Shown: piece by piece, positions 25,088 to 29,835 of the stretch | Layout: every line of letters begins with the position of its first letter | Position numbering within the stretch: the first letter of the stretch is position 1 | Origin: a virus | Taxonomy: Duplodnaviria; Caudoviricetes | Strand: one strand, 5' to 3' | Virus record (IMG/VR): IMGVR_UViG_3300016667_000348 | Span: 1-29,835 of that record | DNA: 29,835 nucleotides | Notes under the pieces: model-generated | Databases searched by the model: none | Seen by the model: the letters and a program-made list of their open reading frames with translations, nothing else | Told to the model about the DNA's origin: nothing | Translations under genes and position numbers: made by a program

Positions 25088-25428
25088 CGCTCGGGGAGAA
25101 GCAACGACTTTTCACTCGGCTGGTCGGCAAGCTTATCGAGTACGCATACGCCAGCGGCTACGAACTCACATTCGGCGACGCCTACCGCAGCCCTGAGCAG
25201 GCCAAATTGAACGCTCAGGCCGGTAAGGGAATCATCAATTCGCTCCATTGCGAACGCCTCGCGATCGACCTGAATCTATTCGTCAACGGCGTTTACCAAA
25301 CCGACAGCGCGGCATACAAGGCCCTGGGCGAGTATTGGGAAACGCTTGGTCCTGATTGCAAATGGGGCGGCCGATTCAGCCGGCCTGACGGCAATCATTT
25401 CAGCATCGCGCACGCAGGCCGCGCATGA
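25084..25428 (+). CDS. endolysin, peptidase M15 family (L-Ala-D-Glu type)
   Basis: YRS..Q, SLH..RLAIDL, WGG.F and DGNHFS zinc-binding motifs. Confidence 0.92.
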   Translation: MTLGEKQRLFTRLVGKLIEYAYASGYELTFGDAYRSPEQAKLNAQAGKGIINSLHCERLAIDLNLFVNGVYQTDSAAYKALGEYWETLGPDCKWGGRFSRPDGNHFSIAHAGRA

Positions 25429-25835
25429 TCGGGGATCTCGTCGCGGGTCTGCTCGGCAAGGTTCTTGACCGCGCATGGCCCGACCCAGCCGCGAAAGCCG
25501 CAGCGGCGCAAGCCATTGCCGAGCTGCAACAGGCCGGCGAGTTCAAGCGCCTCGATGTCGAACTTGCGCAGCTGCAGATGCAAGCCGACATCAACAAGGC
25601 CGAGGCGGCCAGTGGCGACCCGTTCGCGAGTCGCTGGCGCCCGTTCATCGGTTGGGTTTGCGGTGTCGGGTTTGCGTGGAATTTTATCGGGCTGCCAGTT
25701 GCTCGCCTGTTATGTGACATCGCCGGCCAACCAATCTCTATAACGCCGGCCGACATGACCGAAATGATGCCCGTACTGCTCGGCCTGCTTGGGCTTGGCG
25801 GCCTGCGCACCTACGAAAAAATCGCCCGCAAATGA
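25425..25835 (+). CDS. holin (GTA-type 3TM holin family)
   Basis: INKAEA.S...F.SRWRPFIGWVCG and LLG.LGLGGLRTYEK signature. Confidence 0.88.
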   Translation: MIGDLVAGLLGKVLDRAWPDPAAKAAAAQAIAELQQAGEFKRLDVELAQLQMQADINKAEAASGDPFASRWRPFIGWVCGVGFAWNFIGLPVARLLCDIAGQPISITPADMTEMMPVLLGLLGLGGLRTYEKIARK

Positions 25836-26305
25836 TTCTGGCAGTAGCCCTGCTATGCGCGATTGCCGACCGGATGCGCGGCGGATTCCCGGAGCACCGT
25901 TTTTGGGGCCGAGATATCGTGCGCATGGGCGCGTGGTACGGCGGCGGGGCGCTGGTGGCGCTGCTCATCGAGCCCAGCTGGTGGTGCCTGCTGGCCGGCG
26001 TGCTGTATGCGCAAGGCGACCGCCAGGACATGAGCGTGATGGCAGAACTTATCCGCCCAGATGGCAAGCGACTGAAGGGCTGGCTCGGGCAGCTGCGCAT
26101 CGGAGCCGTGTTCTCGGCCTGCACAGCGCCGTTGCTGGCCGTAGAAGTGGCGTATTGGCCGATGGTAGCGGCGGCGCTCCTAGCGCCCTCTACGGGCGCT
26201 CTGATGGCGTTTCCGTGGCCCGGCAACCGCTGGGCATGGATGGAGCTGGGTCGCGGGTTTTCGTTTGCAGCATTAACCGGAGCATTACATGCAGCGCAGA
26301 TTTGA
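25832..26305 (+). CDS. multi-pass membrane protein of unknown function
   Basis: ATGA overlap. Several hydrophobic segments, DRMRGG motif, Trp-rich. Confidence 0.75.
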   Translation: MILAVALLCAIADRMRGGFPEHRFWGRDIVRMGAWYGGGALVALLIEPSWWCLLAGVLYAQGDRQDMSVMAELIRPDGKRLKGWLGQLRIGAVFSACTAPLLAVEVAYWPMVAAALLAPSTGALMAFPWPGNRWAWMELGRGFSFAALTGALHAAQI

Positions 26306-26705
26306 TTCAGCCCAGTTAGCGCAGGCGCTGGGCAACTACGGCAGGCCTCCGCTGGCTCAATCTATGGGGCCGCAGAAACCCGCGAGCATGCAGCCACAGG
26401 CCGATCAGATGATGCCCGCGCCAGTATCATTTGAGGCTGCGCTCAGCGCTCTGGGACCGTCGATGGATAACGGTCAGATCTACACGAACCCGCAAGCGTT
26501 TCAGGGCTACCAGAGCGCCGCAAGAGCCGTGGGGGCCATGTACGGAATGCAGCCTCGCGGATATTTCACGCGGGCCACGCCGCAGGCTTTCATGCCGGTT
26601 TCCGGGATGCAGATGCAGCAGCGCCCATTCGATGCGCAGTTCCGGGCTCAATTCCCGGGCTCGCAGCCAAGCAGGCCATTACCGACGGGATTGCAGCGCG
26701 GATAA
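26289..26705 (+). CDS. Gln/Pro/Met-rich low-complexity protein
   Basis: GGAG RBS. Fills the interval between the neighbouring genes. Confidence 0.65.
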   Translation: MQRRFDSAQLAQALGNYGRPPLAQSMGPQKPASMQPQADQMMPAPVSFEAALSALGPSMDNGQIYTNPQAFQGYQSAARAVGAMYGMQPRGYFTRATPQAFMPVSGMQMQQRPFDAQFRAQFPGSQPSRPLPTGLQRG

Positions 26706-26710
26706 CGCGA

Positions 26711-27859
26711 ATGCCAACAAAATCGCTTACCCGCGAGGAATGCGAACATACCGCAAACGTAGTGCGAGACTGCCTGCGCGAAGGCTGGTTGTTGGGCCGT
26801 CAGCCGGCCGCGATTCCGGAGGCTGCGCGACGATTAGGGATTCCAGCAAAGCGCGTTGAACATCGCCTAAAACTCGCATCCAAGCGTTTTGGCATCGACA
26901 TCGAAACGCCGACAAGTGCGGCATCGTTGCAGGTGTCGAACACTCGACGCCATTTGGATTCTGTCGAAGCGCGGCGCCAGCCGACGCTGCCTGATTTCCC
27001 GGATGACGACATCCCGGTGAGCGAAATCATTGACATCATGTGCCGGCGTTATGAGCGGCGGGCCGAGCACAAATCGAGTAAGGCGTGGTTTCGGATCTCG
27101 ATGCCGGACGATGGCCCATTTGCCGTCATGTGGTGGGGAGACCCACATCTTGACTCAAACGGGACCAATTTCCCGCTGATCCGCGAACACGCCGTTTTGG
27201 CGCAAACGCCGCACGTCTACTCGGTGAACATTGGCGACACGCTCGACAACTGGCCGCACGGCTCGCGGCTGATCAAACTCTACGCGGACAGCGACCAGTC
27301 GGTGGGCACCGCGCAGAAGTTGGCCCGCTGGTTCATTCAGTCCGCCGGCATTCGTTGGTTAGTCTGGTTGCAGGGCAATCACGATTCATGGGGCGGCCAC
27401 ACGACGACCGAGTTCCTGCGCGAGTTGGTCGGCAATCGCGTTGTCCTTGAGGACTGGGGCGCGCGGTTTGTCCTGGCATCTCCGAATGGTCATGAATACC
27501 GCATCTGGGCCTCGCACAATTTCCCCGGCCACTCGCAGTGGAACAGCCTCCACGGGCCTCAAAAGGCGGCATCTATGCGTGAGGAGGCCGACATTTACGT
27601 TTGCGGCCACACGCACAACTGGGCCATACACAAGGAGGAAAGCGCGCAGCGCGGGTTCACCTATTCGCTGATCCGCGCGAGAGGCTACAAATATCTCGAC
27701 TCATACGGCGAGAAACTGGGCTATCCGCCGCAGCAGCACGGCGCGTCGATCGTGACGGTTTTTGTGCCAGAGCGCGGCAGGCATTATTCGTTTGAGCATG
27801 TTGAGGACGGCCTAGAGTTTCTTCGCAGCCTGAGAGAGATCTATGAGCGAAATCATTGA
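26711..27859 (+). CDS. calcineurin-like metallophosphoesterase with an N-terminal HTH
   Basis: All five motifs present: GDPH, IGDTLD, QGNHD, ASH and CGHTH. N-terminal IPEAARRLGIPAKRVEHRL. Confidence 0.88.
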   Translation: MPTKSLTREECEHTANVVRDCLREGWLLGRQPAAIPEAARRLGIPAKRVEHRLKLASKRFGIDIETPTSAASLQVSNTRRHLDSVEARRQPTLPDFPDDDIPVSEIIDIMCRRYERRAEHKSSKAWFRISMPDDGPFAVMWWGDPHLDSNGTNFPLIREHAVLAQTPHVYSVNIGDTLDNWPHGSRLIKLYADSDQSVGTAQKLARWFIQSAGIRWLVWLQGNHDSWGGHTTTEFLRELVGNRVVLEDWGARFVLASPNGHEYRIWASHNFPGHSQWNSLHGPQKAASMREEADIYVCGHTHNWAIHKEESAQRGFTYSLIRARGYKYLDSYGEKLGYPPQQHGASIVTVFVPERGRHYSFEHVEDGLEFLRSLREIYERNH

Positions 27860-28031
27860 CCTCGATGCGCACCGTGCCAAGCCACCCGACCGCTGCATTC
27901 TGTCCTGCGCCTGCGGTTGCGGTATGTTCCGAATGTTCGACGATGGCGCCGTTGAATGCCTAAACTGCGGCGGCATAGCGCAGAACCTGCGAGGCATTTT
28001 CAGCGAGGACGACGTTTCCCCGGCATCCTGA
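27843..28031 (+). CDS. small zinc-ribbon protein
   Basis: MSEIIDLDAHR start, CACGC...F...ECLNCG. Overlaps the end of the phosphoesterase gene. Confidence 0.7.
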   Translation: MSEIIDLDAHRAKPPDRCILSCACGCGMFRMFDDGAVECLNCGGIAQNLRGIFSEDDVSPAS

Positions 28032-28212
28032 GCTCGAGCGCGACTGGCGCCGTCTCCGCGGCCTCTACGGCCTCGAGCGGGCCGAATGCCTCGACGAGCT
28101 GGCGCACCAGTCGGGCAAACTCCGGGTCTGTCCGCAGCAGCGTTGCCACCGCCGGCATCCGTTTGATGCTCTCCCACGTCGCGCGGTCAGCGGATTGATT
28201 TGTGGGTTGCAT
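28000..28212 (-). CDS. small hypothetical protein (70 aa)
   Basis: ATG at 28212 overlaps the end of the upstream gene. Last gene of the leftward arm, convergent with the late operon. Confidence 0.6.
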   Translation of the reverse strand: MQPTNQSADRATWESIKRMPAVATLLRTDPEFARLVRQLVEAFGPLEAVEAAETAPVALELRMPGKRRPR

Positions 28213-28576
28213 AGTTTTGCGCCAGAAAAACTGTGTTCCAGTGGACCCCAAGGCGGCGCGCGATGCCGGCCTGCGTTAACTCTCGATATTGAGCCAGCAG
28301 CGCGGTCTTCTCTGCGTCCAGCACCTGCAGCTGCTGCGCAATCGTCGCGTGGCGCATCGCCAGTTTGTATTGGCCGACCCGCGCCCGCCATATCGTTGAG
28401 GTTCCGCAATGCAGGCGCTTGCCTAGCGCCTCATCGCTGTATTCGTCGCGCAGTCGGCAGCGGATGCGCTCTCGCTGGTCGACCATCTCGCGGATTCGGC
28501 GCACGGTGTCAGCATCCAGCTTCGTGTTGCCTGGACGTTTCGGTTTGCGTCGACTATTGTTTGCTGAGACAATCAT
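28187..28576 (-). CDS. protein with two HTH-like motifs
   Basis: AGGAGG RBS. GNTKLDADTVRRIRE motif, then SDEALGKRLHCGTSTIWR and TQAGIARRLGVHWNTV. Confidence 0.75.
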   Translation of the reverse strand: MIVSANNSRRKPKRPGNTKLDADTVRRIREMVDQRERIRCRLRDEYSDEALGKRLHCGTSTIWRARVGQYKLAMRHATIAQQLQVLDAEKTALLAQYRELTQAGIARRLGVHWNTVFLAQNYATHKSIR

Positions 28577-28599
28577 TGCGTTCCTCCTGTCCTCTCCCT

Positions 28600-28626
28600 C
28601 GCCCGGGCCGTCCCGGGCGTTTTTTT
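28600..28626 (+). terminator. intrinsic terminator for rightward transcription
   Basis: CGCCCGGG-ccgt-CCCGGGCG followed by T7 on the + strand only. Confidence 0.8.
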
Positions 28627-29296
28627 ATCTGATTCGCGGCAGCGGGTCGCGGCGTTTCGCAAACCATTCTTCATCTGATTCTCGCTCCCCGCCCAGCGGG
28701 GTCCATTTAAGCGGCGAGGTTGATGGCGCATCCCTGATGATCTGTTTGGCCACCCGCGCCGACCATTGAGGCCAAGACTCGCCCTCGAGCCTCGGGTAAC
28801 GGTCGCGCATGAACTGCGGGCGCCATTTCATTATCGTCAGGTCGGTTGAGCGTTTGACCGACTCCTTCCACTCGGCGATATGGCAATCCCGGCACTGCGG
28901 TTTACCGAACCCATCAATCCCGATTGCATCCTGCCCGCATTTGCAGACTGCGGATGCGGCTGCCTCCTGCCGTTTCAGGTCTCCGCTGCCCTCGCGGACC
29001 TCGGCCTCGAACCGAAACTGATTGAGATAGGTCGACACCATCGGGAGGGGCGGCACGAACTTGTTAGGAACGCGCCGCGCGTTGCGGCGGTTGTTTGCGT
29101 GCAGCGCGTAGCCGTGCCGAACGGTCTGCGCGAACTTGGCCTCATCCTCGGCAATGCCCTCCTCCCTGCACCATTTGCGGCACGCCTTCTGCCACGCCTC
29201 AAACGCCTTGCGCTTGCTGCCCTTGGCGGTTACGTCCATGCGCTCGTCTTGACCATAGAGCGACCAGAAATCATCGAATGCCGGAGAGTAATTCAT
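28625..29296 (-). CDS. replication-initiator-like protein (C-terminal-type domain only) with a putative Zn ribbon
   Basis: Starts directly with FDDFWSLY...KGSKRKAFEAWQK and later P...STYLNQ.RFE, motifs of phage replisome-organiser C-terminal domains. Then CKCG...CRDC. GGAGG RBS. Confidence 0.7.
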   Translation of the reverse strand: MNYSPAFDDFWSLYGQDERMDVTAKGSKRKAFEAWQKACRKWCREEGIAEDEAKFAQTVRHGYALHANNRRNARRVPNKFVPPLPMVSTYLNQFRFEAEVREGSGDLKRQEAAASAVCKCGQDAIGIDGFGKPQCRDCHIAEWKESVKRSTDLTIMKWRPQFMRDRYPRLEGESWPQWSARVAKQIIRDAPSTSPLKWTPLGGERESDEEWFAKRRDPLPRIR

Positions 29297-29478
29297 TTGT
29301 TTCCCTCCATCGTAGTTTCGCTACGATTTGCCGCATTTTTGGGAGAATTAGCCGGGTGCAGGAGCCACCGCTCGCCCAGCCAGTCCAGCGCCGCGCGGCG
29401 CTTGTCGTCGAGGTCTGGCGCCTCGGTCGTAATCGGGGCGCGGCCTAGCAGCGCCTCGATGAACTCGTTATCGGTCAT
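29293..29478 (-). CDS. small hypothetical protein ('WLGERWLLHPAN' motif)
   Basis: GGAGG RBS before ATG 29478 and ATGA overlap with the rep-like gene. Confidence 0.75.
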   Translation of the reverse strand: MTDNEFIEALLGRAPITTEAPDLDDKRRAALDWLGERWLLHPANSPKNAANRSETTMEGNK

Positions 29479-29818
29479 AGAGTGCCTCCAGTAGTTTTTT
29501 GCTTGGGAACAGTAACACCACGCGCTGGTCTCCGGGCACTGCGCGAGTTTCTGCCCAGCCGTTAGCACGTAGGTAATCCATAATTTTGCGCGCCGTCTCC
29601 TCGGCGATCCCGGCATCGATGTAATAATGCTTGGTCATCGCGCGGCGGTCGTCGCGGCAAAGGAGCCAGGCAATCGCGCACACCGCAAACGGTAATGATG
29701 CCGGCGGCTCAATGAGGTCAAACAGCCGCCGGAGCTGCGGCCACGTCGGCACGGTGCTTGGCACGCACTGGCACAGCTCGGCTGGCGCGCCGCAATGGCC
29801 GCAGACGTCGCGGTTCAT
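29468..29818 (-). CDS. winged-helix (MarR-like) protein with a Cys-rich N-terminus
   Basis: ETARKIMDYLRANGWAETRAVPGDQRVVLL resembles a MarR helix plus wing (DxR). N-terminal CGHC...CQC. Confidence 0.6.
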   Translation of the reverse strand: MNRDVCGHCGAPAELCQCVPSTVPTWPQLRRLFDLIEPPASLPFAVCAIAWLLCRDDRRAMTKHYYIDAGIAEETARKIMDYLRANGWAETRAVPGDQRVVLLFPSKKLLEALYDR

Positions 29819-29835
29819 TCCTGCCCCCTTGCGCG

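Noticed and set aside
25832-25861. MILAVALLC as a spanin lipobox
   Set aside because: No basic N-region, the signal is too short, and ALLC does not fit the lipobox consensus.
1-29835. Stop-codon reassignment, introns/inteins, DGR, tRNA or CRISPR array
   Set aside because: Genes are intact under the standard code and end in all three stop codons. I saw no reverse transcriptase, template/variable repeat pair, intein motifs, cloverleaf or repeat-spacer pattern.

Overview
This window is most, possibly nearly all, of a compact, GC-rich dsDNA tailed phage with a short non-contractile tail (P22/podovirus-like virion module, lambdoid early and late control logic). The host is probably a proteobacterium. 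A leftward early arm starts at a sigma70 promoter at ~2912-2940. It encodes an ERF recombinase, a YqaJ/lambda-type exonuclease, SSB and HTH proteins, and appears to continue at the far right end (28000-29818: HTH proteins and a replication-initiator-like protein that seems to lack its N-terminal domain). A rightward arm starts at ~2973-3000 with a ~230-nt highly structured non-coding region. It continues with a Cro-like HTH gene, three tiny Lys/Arg-rich ORFs, rusA, a Q-like antiterminator with a pR'/tR'-like element, terminase, portal, scaffold, major capsid, tail tube proteins, three ejection proteins, a tail fibre, a lysis cassette and an HTH-metallophosphoesterase. I see no integrase, CI-type repressor, helicase, primase, polymerase, tRNA or CRISPR array. 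The most striking unexplained element is the promoter-driven multi-branched RNA at ~3007-3240, which could work with the truncated initiator in replication. Also notable are an antisense membrane micro-ORF in the position of P22 sieA, a start-less conserved-looking reading frame behind an A7 run, and an accessory beta-propeller cassette inside the head module. All family assignments come from recognising motifs by eye, and all RNA pairings were found by hand. No database search or folding program was run.
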